A stretch of DNA of 64,000 nucleotides from Blastocystis sp. Blastoise (GCA_039096225.1 JBBPEB010000033.1:496001-560000); one strand, 5' to 3'. Shown: positions 36,783-51,855, counted from the first letter of the stretch. Numbers and translations are program-made. Notes: a model not told the origin generated them from the letters alone.

Positions 36783-38046
36783 GATTCAACTCACAAATAA
36801 AAAATTTAGATTTTCTTTTGTATTTCATTTTCTTCATTTCTATTTTATTTTTGCAGAAATATACATTATTTGATTTTATAAAAACTATGAAGAACACAAC
36901 ATACATATAAGTATGTAAGATTATATATTATAAATGAGTTTCATCATCATTATATTTTTTGGTCTCTTTGTTTATGCGTTACTATATAATATATTTAATT
37001 CTATAAACATTTCTAGCCTAAAGATTTATACACGAATCCATATATAAGCTTCTTCTTACATATGAGCAAAGTATCTACTTTCTCTTTACAAACAATACAG
37101 CGCATTTTAATTCATATATAATATTGAAATAGAAAAATTATTTAATTTCAGTTAAATAGATCTTACAAACATGGAAAACGTAATTATTTACAAACTAGTG
37201 AAATATCGTATTATCTTTTAAATTGATCATACCACATACTAAAAGATCTGTCTTTAAGCCAAATACAAAAGATGATAGTCCATATCTATATACCATAGTC
37301 TGTGAAATCACTTAAAAACACAAAAAAAAATGTGTGTTTTTAAAGGAAATCATTTAAAAATTAGTTCAGTTGTATTGAATGTATGTGATTTAGTATACAT
37401 AAGAAACATGCATAGAGGTCCATCTATAGAAACATATTTCTCAATAGACTCTTTTTGTTGATAACAAAATAATTAAATTGCTATCCTAATCTTCGTATAA
37501 ACGAAGATTAAAAGAAGATATAAGCTTCGAGAAATAACTGTTACAATTGTTCTAGATAAAAACACTGTGTTTATACATGATAAAAAGGATCAAATGAGGA
37601 AAAAAACTACAAACCCTTCAAATGAATTCTATATTCTTCTTTTACCTGTGACTTTTTCTCCATTGTTTTCTTGTTTTGTTTCAAATTATTGAGATTTATT
37701 TTTCTACACAGATTCTTATCATTTTTTCATGATTTTTAATTGTGTCTATTTAACGTTAATAGCAATGAGTACCAATGAAAACTAGCTATTATGTTTAATC
37801 AACCAATAGTTTGTTTGAATTTTGTATTTTAAAAAAGGCAATTTTTGATTTGCTGTTTGACATCCCATTAATGACAACGAAAATGGACAAATAAAATGAA
37901 TATTCACGAATATCGCTTTAACAGGGAAAACACACTGAAAGAATGTTTATTGTTTTTTGTTTTCTATCTTCAGTTAATGGAGATTTTGTTATTTTTTATC
38001 GATCCATTATCTCATATTTTTTTTTATTATCTTCTATTATTCATAA

Positions 38047-39018
38047 ATGAAAGATCAAATTATGGTGATTTACAAAATAGCCTTTTTAGCTAATTTGTTC
38101 ATTATTATCTGTATGTTTGGAAGTCTCAGTTTTCTTGCCTATAAAGATGAACGAAACATAAAGATCTATGAATATAATTATAAAACTGGTTTATGGAATA
38201 CACAAGGATTATCTTTATTTAATGACACAGCATTCACGATAGTTGCCAATAAAAATTTATATAATTTTACTGCAGTTGATACAATCCCAGATCAATTTTA
38301 TCCTTTACATGATGGATGTGATGTTCAAGATGATGATCAAGCATGTGTACAGTCAAATGAGTTATATTACGGAACAAGTGTGAGTAAAGTTGGCAATGAT
38401 ATTAGTATTACCATCTATAATAAAGGTAAAATTATATTCACAGATAAAACAGCAACAAGGAGAACGAAAAATCTATATCCTGTTGATCTTAATTGTACTG
38501 ACGACGTTGATATATGTTCGATGTATTGTTCAAATCAAGGTGGCCAATGGGATGATGTTAATATTGTTTGCTATTTAAAAACATATTTAAATACTATATG
38601 CTATAGACTACAAGAAAAATCTTTTTTTAGTATATAATGTGTTTTATTATATGTTTATTATGTTTATTATTATGTTTATTATGTTTATTATATTTATTAT
38701 TATTATTATTATATTTATTATTATTATTATTATATTTATTATTATTATATTTATTATTATATAGATGAAACTAGTCAGCATGCAGAATTCACATGGAATT
38801 TAGATATACCTCCGTATATATATATATATATCCTTATCTTTATTATTATTATTATTTCCTCCTTAGAAAGTATAATTTGAATGGATATCGTCCTGACGAT
38901 GTTAGTCAATTTGGCTGCTCATATCTCAATAAATGGTCACCCTATATATATAAAGCAACGAAACCCTTAGATGTCCAAATTGAAGTATATATATATGATA
39001 TTTTTTTTTTAATTTTCA

Positions 39019-39107
<89 letters not shown>

Positions 39108-39123
39108 TAAAAACATTTATGAA

Positions 39124-39157
<34 letters not shown>

Positions 39158-39560
39158 AATATGTATATATATATATATATAGTTACGATCTGCGTGGTCT
39201 CCGTACATTGTAGCATCTTCTATAACCCGCGGTTGTTCAGATATGTATATAGGCAATCAACACTGTTTAGGAGAGAGAAATAATAGTGCTTATATAAGTA
39301 GCCTGTCTGCATTCATAGTGACTGCATCCCTTTTTGCAGTAGGAATCATTGTATATATATATATATATATATTTAGTCTTTTTATTAATATGAAAATAGA
39401 ATTATTATTATTATTATTATATTTTAATTATATATTTGTATATATAGTTCTGTTGTATATGGGGGTTTTATATAACGTATCGTCGTCGTCATCCCAAACA
39501 GGATGGCGGGAAAGTCAACGAAATCTTATTATATGACACTGATAAATGTATATATATATG

Positions 39561-39604
<44 letters not shown>

Positions 39605-39674
39605 ATATATTCTAGTGGACCCTGTAGCTTCATATTCAAAGTCATCTTATACTATTTCTATCTCTCCAAAGTAA
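38047..39674 (+). CDS. Unknown membrane protein with N- and C-terminal TM helices and a Cys-rich extracellular loop, 6 exons
   Basis: TM1 IAFLANLFIIICMFGSLSFLAY; Cys-rich loop; LRSAWSPYIVASSITRGC; TM2 AFIVTASLFAVGII|FCCIWGFYITY then RRRH; GT-AG introns in frame. Confidence 0.75.
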
Positions 39675-40391
39675 CTCCATATATATATATATATGCACTT
39701 CTAGTCTATTTGCTACAATTGAATATATATATATATTTCTCATATTTATTTTGATATGAATATATACAAATCTATATATTATTACTACATATATTCATAA
39801 GCAAAATAAAATTATTTTTTAGATAATTATTTAATTCTTTCATTATTCATATATATACTTTTATATTTATAATACTTATTTATTTATTACTGTTCATTTT
39901 CATTCATTATTATTTAATCATCTTTTTTTGATCATTTTAATTATAAAAAACAGACTATATTGTTTTTCACATTTTATTTTTTCATAACTTTTAAAATTAT
40001 AGTTAGAAATCTGCTGTTGTTATCATCCTTTTTCTTTGATTATTCTCCATTTTGTTATATAATAACTCATTATTATGTAAACTTTTTATATGCAGTATTT
40101 ATATCATAAATTAATGTTGTTTTATCATTTGTTTTGCTTTTCTTTAATATTTATATAATTACTTTTTTCAATAACATAAATATAGTATAAGATAAGGAAT
40201 TCGAAAAAGAAAACTAAAAATATCAAGATTTTGTTATATTTTAATTCATTATATATATATATAATTTATTCTATTTAAAAAAGAATTGTTAATAGCACAT
40301 AAGAATTCACAACTAGTATAAAATTGATCAAAAAAGAAAAATAAGGAAAAATGAAAAATGTATATATCTAAAATCAGAAAATTCAAAATTA

Positions 40392-40431
<40 letters not shown>

Positions 40432-40433
<2 letters not shown>

Positions 40434-41214
40434 AATTGGGTTCCGTTTGAAGAAGACGATATCGATGACGCTTAATACGTCGAATTAATCTCTAAATATA
40501 TATATAATCAGTTATATAGGAAATATAAAATAATAATAATAATAATAATAACATATATATACCGCTAAACAATAACAGTTTGGATAAAGACATAAAAGAG
40601 AAATTACAATAAATTCTAATAAACAAATAAGAGTAATAAAATAATTTGCAAATTGAATTGTGTTCAATGGTGTTCCTTTTGACGCACTCGAACCTGAAAA
40701 AATATTAGCCAACCGTGGATTGAGAACGTATATATATTAAAGATAATAATAACAATAATAATAAATGATAGAGAATATATATATATGTATATTGGATATA
40801 AGATCACCATCAAAACTAATGGAATCCTGTTTCTGAGTGCACGTGCTTCGATAAAATAATTTATCCTCACGAATAAATGACAATAAATCCTATATATAAG
40901 TTTATATATAAGTTTATAAGTTTACAAATATATATATATATATATATACCTGTTCTCCACAAGTTATTGACATTCCTCGTTTATAAATGGGTGAATAATG
41001 ATATGTACAAGAATCACAAGGTCTACTCTCTATTATATATATAATATATTATAATATATATATATATAATAAATATATATACCAAAAGGATCTCGATCTA
41101 CATATTTATATTTAGTGACAATGGGTTCGTCATATTGTTTCACAGTGAGCGTCATTAATAAATATGATGATGACGCAGTGGGACACAAATCACTTGTTAA
41201 CAGAAGAGTTGGAG

Positions 41215-41277
<63 letters not shown>

Positions 41278-42105
41278 GTGAAGAAAGACTAGTATTAAGA
41301 AGAGAAGAGATAGGAATATAATAAGAAAGAGTTGTCAGATAACGATATATATATTCTACTTCTTTCTGAAACATATCTGTCTATATATATATATATATAT
41401 TGTAATTAAAATGATAAATATATATAAGCATACCTGTATAGACTGTTTATATATAGTTGATTCTAATGCACTATGAATATAAGAAGCTATAGTTATCCCT
41501 AACCTATATATAATATATCTTAATATATACTAAGAATATTAAATATCATAATATATAATAAAAGCAATTACTATTATTCAACGATATATAATCATTGATA
41601 TTTAATTAAATATATAATATTATAATAGTTTTGTATATATAATTATGATAATAATATTATACATAATATATTATATGATTATATTAATACTATTATATAT
41701 AATAATAATATACAAAGGTGAATATAATTGATAATAATTTGGAAGAAATGAGAAGTTCTTATAGAGGGTCCGTACGAGGGATGTGATGACGAGTCGATCT
41801 TGTGAACCACACCGCCAAAGACGAGAAATGGCGGGAAAGAAATATGAACGATATAGATCATTCTAAAGTATATAATAATATTTATAGAATAATAATTTAA
41901 GTATAATATATAATTTATATACAGAATATAAATAAATAAGAAATCTTTTTAATTGTATAATTGTTAGTTTTATTTCTTGCTCTTCGCCTGAGTTTCTATA
42001 TGTATAAAAATATGTCGATCTATAAGTAGAATTCCTCTTATTCGCTTCAACATCCGATATATAAAGAGGACAATGCGATTGAGACCATTTTGCCAATAAT
42101 GATGA

Positions 42106-42149
<44 letters not shown>

Positions 42150-43260
42150 ACAATATATATATATATATATATATATATTATGAGTATATTAATAATAATA
42201 ATAATAATAATATATTTAAAATAGCAACACTATTAATAACTATTCTATATATATATATATACATATTTGGATGGATTCTTTAGAAGAGTATCTTTCGATA
42301 CTTTTGTTTCTTTATAACGATTTATATAGACTTTAACATTTGTTTCAATTATAGTATTCTATATATATATAATTGAGATTATAATAAAGATAATAATGGT
42401 AATATATATATTATTATTATTATAATTCTATATACAATATTATCTGGATTATAGGGATCAAAATAGAAGGGAATATCATTCAATATCACACCTTTTAACT
42501 ATAATAATATGTATAATTATATGTTTAATAATATGTATAATAATCATAGAATAAATACTATAAATATTATAAATATTATCATAATAAAAATAAAAAAATA
42601 TTATATATATATACATGTATAGATTTAGGAGATATCTTTGAATATAAATGTAAAAATGATTTAGCCCACAACGTACCAAAACTATATATATAACATAGAA
42701 AGAAATCTCTTAATATACTATATACAAAAATATATACATAAATAATTATTATTTATATTTTTTCATACATATAAGAATTATAATAACAAAGATATATATA
42801 CCCAGATGCTAATATATATATATCTTTATTTCCCACGTAAAGTAAAGCGCGGTAAAGATCGTAAGCAGCATTATCAATAGATATCCGTGGGAATATAGTA
42901 TTTATATGAGTATGTATATACTCTGAATAATAATTTAATCGTTTTTTTGTTACAGTAGTTACTAATTCACTCTATTATATGTATATAATTATATAATTAT
43001 TAATATTTTTATTATATAACTATTATAAGTAAAATAACGATATCAATAAATTTTATGACGATATTTATAGAATATTCCATAAAAGAAAATTCTTTAAAAT
43101 ATATATAGATATAAATATATATACATCAAACGAGGGAAAATGAATTGTACTATACCGCGTTACTCCTCGTTGATATATATAATAAATATCTGTTGAATCA
43201 CTTAATTGTTTATATATAGAATTACCAACAGATTCCAACTGAGTTATTCGACTGTCTGTA

Positions 43261-43302
<42 letters not shown>

Positions 43303-43873
43303 AAATGAGACAAAAAAATAATATTAAATACCAGTTAATAATATAAACAGAACTTGTTTTGAAGTGCCTTTGGAGAGTTTACGTTTCATAAATATACGCT
43401 CTATCTGAAAAACATATATAATAAATAAAGATAATCTTAAATAAAATACTTTTGTATCATCTACATTGCGAAAATCTGACGATGATGGGTCTACAGGTGA
43501 GTTCATATATCCACATTGAGCAGTAACATTTTGGTTTTTCTTATAAGATGTATATAACTGTTCAGAAGAATCAAAGTGAATAGGTGAATCCTATTTAATG
43601 TTAAGAAAAATAAGAAGAAAATACCCATCGAAACAAATTCAACATCTGATTGTTTGTGTAATGATTGTCCTGCATTAAAAACATAGTCTTTCTATCAAAA
43701 TAATCAAAAGTTGACGAAATTTCTAATGGAACAGATTCATATAAAGGACATGTTTGCCTAATCATATAGATACGATATTTGTAATAGAATAATTACCATA
43801 TTATAGAATTATCAATAGCCATACACCATTTTAAAAAGAAAATCAGATAGAAAAACAAAATCTTTTTCAACAT
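40432..43873 (-). CDS. Membrane-anchored S33/TAP-like alpha/beta-hydrolase homolog with degenerate catalytic motifs, about 17 exons
   Basis: Signal peptide, WQTCPLYE, TAQCGYMNSP, IFMKR, YQRGVTRYS, SIDNAAYDL, LASG|FGT, KGVILND, PAISRLWRC..QD, TLLLTSDLCP, TCGEQ, C-terminal TM plus RLIRRIKRHR. Confidence 0.75.
40728..40799 (-). other. U12-type AT-AC intron
   Basis: GDL|ATATCCAA...ATCTTTAATATATATAC|VLNP is a phase-0 in-frame join; no GT-AG alternative found. Confidence 0.8.
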
Positions 43874-44340
43874 CTTATAGTAAATATTGTATACTTTTAT
43901 AATCAATATTTGATGACGTTCTATTATAAAGGAAGATCACATAAAATGAAGGTTGGACTATTTTCATGTTTACGGTTTTTCTGTTTTAATCACTTGATTT
44001 TTATGTTTATTATTGATTATAAAAAAATATTAATAAAATCTATATTCGACTGTTATTCAATGAATAAATGTTATTTGACTATGTTATTTTATGTAAGATA
44101 TTTGTAACTTTCTTGATTTCTCAAAATGAACACAAAATATATCTCAATTTCAGTTTTATTACAAAAGTCTAAAGAGAATTATTGTTTTGATTGCTATTAA
44201 AGTTTTTATGTATGAAAAAATTCAAGAGTACATAGAAAACAAAACACAATAGTAACTAAATAAATTATGTAAATACTATTAATTGAGTTATGAACTATAT
44301 ATATATATATATATAGCTTAGGCTTCGAATTTATAATTTT

Positions 44341-47300
44341 TTATTCTATTTTAATAGTATTAGAATAAGATGAGAAGAAGAAATCTTGAGTCTTCTTATA
44401 TTGAATATAGATCTTCAAATAGAATGAATATTCACCCTTAATAGATTCATCTATAATTATAATTATTATTATTATTTAGTTTATTATTATTATTATTATA
44501 TAATATTTATTATTATATATAATATACTATTATATTAACTATATATATATACCAATATCAAATTCAACACTAGTTCCACACGAATCGTCACAAGTAAAAC
44601 TGGCTACATACCCTTCAGGAGATGATAATATATCAATCCTATATATATATGTATATATTATTGCATATTATAAATATATAGAGAGATAAATAAACATATA
44701 TATATATATTGATAAACTAATAACTGAATAACTATATAAACTATATATATACTTATAGACATCTCCAAGGAGAATAGAAGCATAAGGATCTGTATTCCAT
44801 TCAATAATAATCTTATTTTGTATTAAATCAACTTTAGTGATTACTTTATTCATTAATACCCATTTCATTTGTTCATTTGTTATTTCATATTCATAATTCA
44901 TTCCCTTTTCTCCTCTCATATGTGTATAATCTTGAGCTCTTCTTCTTCGTTCTTTCTGAATTTCTTTTTTCCCGCGAATACCACGACCTTTTTCTTGTTG
45001 ATAATTTGGAATAGTATTTTGTTGTTCACTAAATATAGAAGCAGTAGTAGTGTCCTCAGTAGCATCTGTAGTAGGAGCAGTATCTAGAGGAACATCTAAT
45101 AAAGGACAAGAAGAAGGATTCACAAGGTGACCATTCAAACAGGTCTTATCTTCTATATATATATTATATTATATATGTATATATATTATATTATATATGT
45201 ATATATACTATATTATATATGTATATATATTATTATATAAATATATACCAGGAACATTAGTAATATTGGTTATAATCATATCAACACATTCAATATAATA
45301 ACTAGTACACTCTTTATTCATAACTTTACCCTCTTCTGATGTACATAAAATACCATCAAACATACATGCTATATATATAATGTTTTTACTTTGATTATAT
45401 AAATAATAATAATAATATATCACATATAATAAATAGAATAAATAGAATAATAATATAAATATATCACATATAATAATATAATAAATAGAATAATAACTAT
45501 ACTTATAAACAAAAATTTTAAAAAATAAAAAATAATAATAATAATAACTACATATACATTTATCATCATCAGGAACAACATCAGTACATGCACTCTTAAG
45601 AATAAGTGTATTATCATAGCAATAAGTACCTTCAGGAACAATCATAGGAACAGTATAATCACCATTATCACAATATACAAAATTAGAAGTACAAATATCT
45701 GTATATAAATATCCATATTGATTTGTGCATCGAATACCAAAGAAATCACATTTATCAACAGTACCGCCATTACAAAGCGAGGGAAGAACTAAAGTACCAT
45801 TTAAACAATATGTTCCTGGAGCAACGGGTCTATTTACAGATATATATCCATTTGTACATTGTACAAATTGAGTCGTACATGTATCATATATGACTTGACG
45901 ATCTTCAGAAACACAAACAATATCTTCAAAATTACATGTATTACCTTCTATATTAATAGGTTTTACATTACATATTTGGAAGTCTACAATTTCATTATTT
46001 CTACATTGAGTTCCCTTCGCTACAGGCATTCTTGATGACCAATATCCATTATCACATTCCACAAAATAATTAGTACATTCATCAGTTACATATACATTAT
46101 TATCATTAACACATTCTATTCCTTCAAAAGTACATTCAACGTTTGGAGGAATATAAGGACAATTTTCAATTAATATTTGTTCTCCATTATAACATTGAGT
46201 TCCAGTAGCTACAGGTTGAGGAAGAGATTGATAACCATCAATACATTGGGTATAATAATTAGTACATGTGTCTATTTGTATTTCATTAACATTATTAACA
46301 CATTTAATACCCGTAAAAGAGCAAGTACGATTACAAGGTTCATCACATTGAGTACTATCAATGATATTACCGTTATAACACTTAGTGCCTTCATTAGTAG
46401 GATATGGAATTGTTTCAATACCATTTTCACACATTATATACTTATCTGTACATTGATCTATAACATATAAACCATCATCAGTAATACATCGAAGACCACT
46501 AAAAGAACAGATTCTATTCACTTCACAATAATCTTTATTCTTTAAAACACTGTTGAAACATGTAGTTCCTTCAGAAACAGGTCGTTTTTCTGTTTTATAT
46601 CCATTATCACACTCTATATAATATTGTGTGCAATTATTCTTTACTTCAACTGTATTCTCATTAACACATAAAATACCTGTAAAATCACATTCAGGAGCAG
46701 GTGGATTAGTACAAACAGCATAATCAACGATAATATCATTAAAACAAGCAGTTCCAAGAGCAACAGGAAGAGAAGGAGATAAAATACCACCATCTTCACA
46801 TTCCTTGAAATAACTTGTACATTCAGTAGCAGTATATATACCTTCTTCGTTATAACATCGTATTCCCGTGAAACTACATTCAACTGGTTTTTCAGTAGGA
46901 ATTTCAGTAGGTAAGTCTGTGCATATAGATCGTTGAACTAATTGACCTTGATAACATGCTGTTCCCGCGGGAATTGGAAGAGGAGAAGTTTGATATCCTT
47001 CATCACATAATGCATAATAATCAGTACAGGTAGTAGTAATAATAGTACTATCTTCATTAACACATACTGGCTCCTTAAAAGAACATTCGATCGAAGTCTG
47101 AAGACGTCTTTTATTGGTTGAAGGACATTCATTAGAATGAATAATATTATTATTTAAACATGAAGTACCTACTATATATATATAGTTATATAGTATTATA
47201 TAGAGATATATAGAGTTTATATATATATATATACATGAAGTTGTAAAGGCCATTGATAAATAAGAATTTTCACATATTAAGAATCTATATATACATATAT

Positions 47301-47587
47301 ATGTATTTATATTTATATATATATACTTATCAGTACATTGATCTTTCACAAATTCCTCCTGATCATTTATGCACTGAATACCATTAAAGAAACATTCTAT
47401 ATATATAGTATATATATATATATATAGTTATATAGTATTCAATAAACGATATTATTATGTGTTATTAGTATAGTATATTATTATATATATAATATATATA
47501 TACGATATTCCTTAATAGTTTCTTCAATCTTCTTAGCAGGACAGGTATTCATATTCACAATTGTACTCATATAACAACGAGTTCCAG

Positions 47588-47657
<70 letters not shown>

Positions 47658-48471
47658 GAGCAGTTTTTATAGGAACACTTGTTATACCATTTTCACAAGT
47701 ATGATAACTATATATTATATATATATATATATATTATATATATATATACTATTGAGTACATTGATCTGCGACAGTGAATCCGATTTTATCGACACATTCC
47801 ATGCCTTCAAAATTACACGCTATATATATATACATATATAATGTATACATATTGATGTATATAAATATATATATAGATATTAATATATATATATATACCA
47901 TTTATATTCAAAGTGGTATCCTCAGTTTCTGGTTCAGTTACCGTGGGAATTGTTGGTTCTAAACAGCGCGGGTAATTGGGATTGGCGGTATTACAAGGAT
48001 TTAAATCTCCTGTAGTACAACGCGAACTAGCTACTAATTCCCCATTGAAACACTGTTCATTAGCTATATATATATATATTATATATTATATTTATACATA
48101 ATGTATTTTATTATATATCATTATATATAATAAATATATAATATATATACAGGGAGTAGGTTGAGGAATAGTAAGAAGACCATTATAACATTGAACAAAA
48201 CTAGATATATATATATATAACTATTATATATATAACTAATATATATATACTATCCAGTACAGAACTCTGTAGCAATATTACCTAACGCGTCAGAGCATTG
48301 TAAACCCTCAAAGTCACATGCTTTATATATGTAAAATATGATTATATATATATATAGTATTATTAGTATATACACAATATAACTCAATATATATATATAT
48401 ATACTTATATTAGGGAATACTTGACCACAAGTTGTGCCTACAACAATAATACCATCAAAACAGGCAGTCGC

Positions 48472-48528
<57 letters not shown>

Positions 48529-48570
48529 AGCAACAGGGAGAGTATGAGTTATATATCCATTGTCACATTG

Positions 48571-48624
<54 letters not shown>

Positions 48625-48853
48625 CTATTCAGAGCATGTGTTCACTTGGTCTTCGCCAATATTATTCGTACACTGGATACCCTCAAAGTCACATGTTACT
48701 ATAGATATACATATATATTAATAGTAATATATAATAACATATATTATAACATATATATACCAGGAGTCTCTGTAGGTGCGTCAGTAGGTGCGTCAGTAGG
48801 GTTACCGCACTCATAATCGTGAATAATCATAGAATTATAACAAAGTGTACCAG

Positions 48854-48911
<58 letters not shown>

Positions 48912-48960
48912 GAGCAACAGGGAGAGGAATAGTTTGGTAAAAATCATAACACTGAACAAA

Positions 48961-48999
<39 letters not shown>

Positions 49000-49100
49000 C
49001 TATATATATACCTATCTGTGCATTCATCTGTAACTATTTCATTTTCAGAATTAAAACATTCAAATCCAGTAAAATTACAAGCTATATATATATAATAATA

Positions 49101-49139
<39 letters not shown>

Positions 49140-49334
49140 CGTGTAGGAGGAAGATAGGAAGGAATATAGGGTAATCCAGTTTTAGGGTCAATTATAGTAT
49201 ACTCGCAACTATCTGCAAATATCTGATACCCATTATAGCAAGCAGTGCCATCTATATATAGATATATATATATATATATAGATATATATATATATATATA
49301 TAGTAATATGTATATATTATATATAGTTATATAG

Positions 49335-49375
<41 letters not shown>

Positions 49376-49554
49376 TATATATATATATACTAGCAACAGG
49401 ACGAGGTTGAGTTAAATATCCGAATTCACATTGCATATAACTATATTTATATAACTATATATATAGTTATATATATATATATAATAATCAGTACAAATAT
49501 CTGTATATATATCTCCTTCATCAGAACCACAAACAATACCTTCAAAATTACATG

Positions 49555-49591
<37 letters not shown>

Positions 49592-49898
49592 ATTATAATA
49601 TAATTTAATAAAATAATTTAAGTATTTTAACTATATAACAATACATACGAACTTTTCCCGTGGTTTTCGAGTCCTCTGGGATATCGATAGATTCACATTC
49701 ATTGGCATATACCATGTGACCATTATAACATACAGTACCAGCTATATATATATATATATATATAATTATAATAATCATAATCATACTAATTATTATAATA
49801 ATAATATAAATATTTTAAAACAGAATAATATATATATATATATATACGAGCAACAGGCATAGATTGAGTTAATCTTTCATATTCGCATTGAACATATC

Positions 49899-49929
<31 letters not shown>

Positions 49930-50565
49930 GAAATACATCTTTAAAAAACAACGAACTATATATTACTATATATACTTATAAGTACAAACGGTATTTGTTA
50001 ATTTTCCATCTTCAGTAATACAGCGAATTCCCGTGAAAGTACAATCTAAATAATTATAATATATATATATATAATAAAAAACCCAATAATATATATATAT
50101 ATACTTTCTCTGGTAATAGGTTCTCCATCAGGTTCAAGTCCACAATTTTCATTAAGAACAAGAACACCATTGTAACATTGAGTACCCGCTAGATAATTTT
50201 TAAAAAACAGATATTATATAAAATGTATAAAATGATTGAAAATGAATGATGAAAAAGTAGATATAATTCGAGAAATAAATACGGGCTACCTCGCGAGGTT
50301 CTGTATATTCTCCATTATCACATTGAGTATAACTACAAAATATCTATAGCTACTAAATAGAATTATGAATTTACTAAGGACTGCAAGCATTTTCAATGAT
50401 AAAACCAGTCTCGTTCATACACTTTATACCTTCAAAGTCACAGGCTATAAAGAAGAATCCAATAAAATATAAAAAGAACAAAATCGTACCTTCTCCTACC
50501 TCTTGAGCTGTAACATAATAAAAGCAAATCGAAATTGCAATTAAACACACTAAATTTAACTTCAT
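44341..50565 (-). CDS. Secreted protein with 17 copies of a ~55-aa six-Cys module (CBM14/CBM19-like spacing) and a C-terminal beta-rich domain, about 29 exons
   Basis: Signal peptide [20 protein letters not shown]. Repeat C-x-F-x-GI-x-C-x11-CT-xx-[YF]-xx-C-x-NG-x6-PV-xx-GT-x-C-[YF]NG-x7-C. No TM. Confidence 0.85.
47589..47656. repeat. Intron made almost entirely of (TA)~33 between GT and AG
   Basis: Directly visible. Confidence 0.9.
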
Positions 50566-51267
50566 TATCTGTATTTAAACAAAACAAATAAAAAATTAGT
50601 TATAAATGAATGTCAACTTTTTCATTTATATCGAGAAAACGAAGATTTTCTCATGTATCCTGTGAATCACCAATCATATAAATTGTATACAATGAATTTC
50701 ATAACTGTACCAAATAACGAAGACTAGAAAAACAAATCTGAAAGAACGAAGTTTTTTGTCTTCATTTTTGTTTTTCTTGATATCTTTCTTAATTCTTTCT
50801 TATCATCACATTTGATTATGCAATTCAATTATACTATTGATATCTTTTGTAATTATAGAATAACAACTTAATTTAACAACATTGATATAGAAATTATAGT
50901 TTTAGTTAAGTATTTTTTGTATTATATGGCTTCTGGGTTATGCTGATTCTTAGCTCTTCTAATTGAAAGATATAGTTTTGAAAAAGAATATGTTTCTAAA
51001 CAATTTTTTAAGATTTCAATTGTAATACGCTGAAATTTTAAGTATCAAATAAATTTATTAATTTATACAATTTTTGAATCTTCATATCATTTGAAAATTG
51101 AATTTATTTCTGGACTTGAATAAAACTTAACGTCTGTTTAATGGAATTAACTAAATAAATAAACAAAACCATCATATTTGCAAGCACAGATTATAAAATA
51201 CATTCGATAAAAAGAATGAATCATGTACATGAAGATAAATCTCAATAAATCAATCTATTTTTTTCTT

Positions 51268-51796
51268 TTAATAACTACCTAATATAATATTTGCGACATC
51301 TTCAGGATATATATCTGAATGTTCTCCAAGAACAATTCCTTTCTTTGTGAAACTATATTTGATTAAATATTAATATAATTAGAAGAATAATAGATCATTT
51401 TAAATAACAATAATAACTATAGCCAAAAAATATATATACTTTTCTTTAACAGTTTGAATCCATTCTTTATCTTGAGAAACAGGATAAGCAGATATATGAG
51501 TAGGAACTTTCATAACATTTTCATAGAAGTTTTCAACAGCTTTAATACCAGCTTCAGCTTTTTCTTCTAAAGTACCTTCTATATATATAAGTTTAATTAG
51601 TATAATGAAACATAATTATACTAATAATTATATATATATAAAATATTATTGCTATATATATATATACCAGTAATATTGAACACTCTTTCAGCCATTTGAG
51701 CTAATTTTTCCTTCTTTTGTTCAAACTTATAACGGAATACTCTAGGCTATACAGAGAATATCATTAATAGTATATTATAATATATATAATATAAAA

Positions 51797-51855
<59 letters not shown>

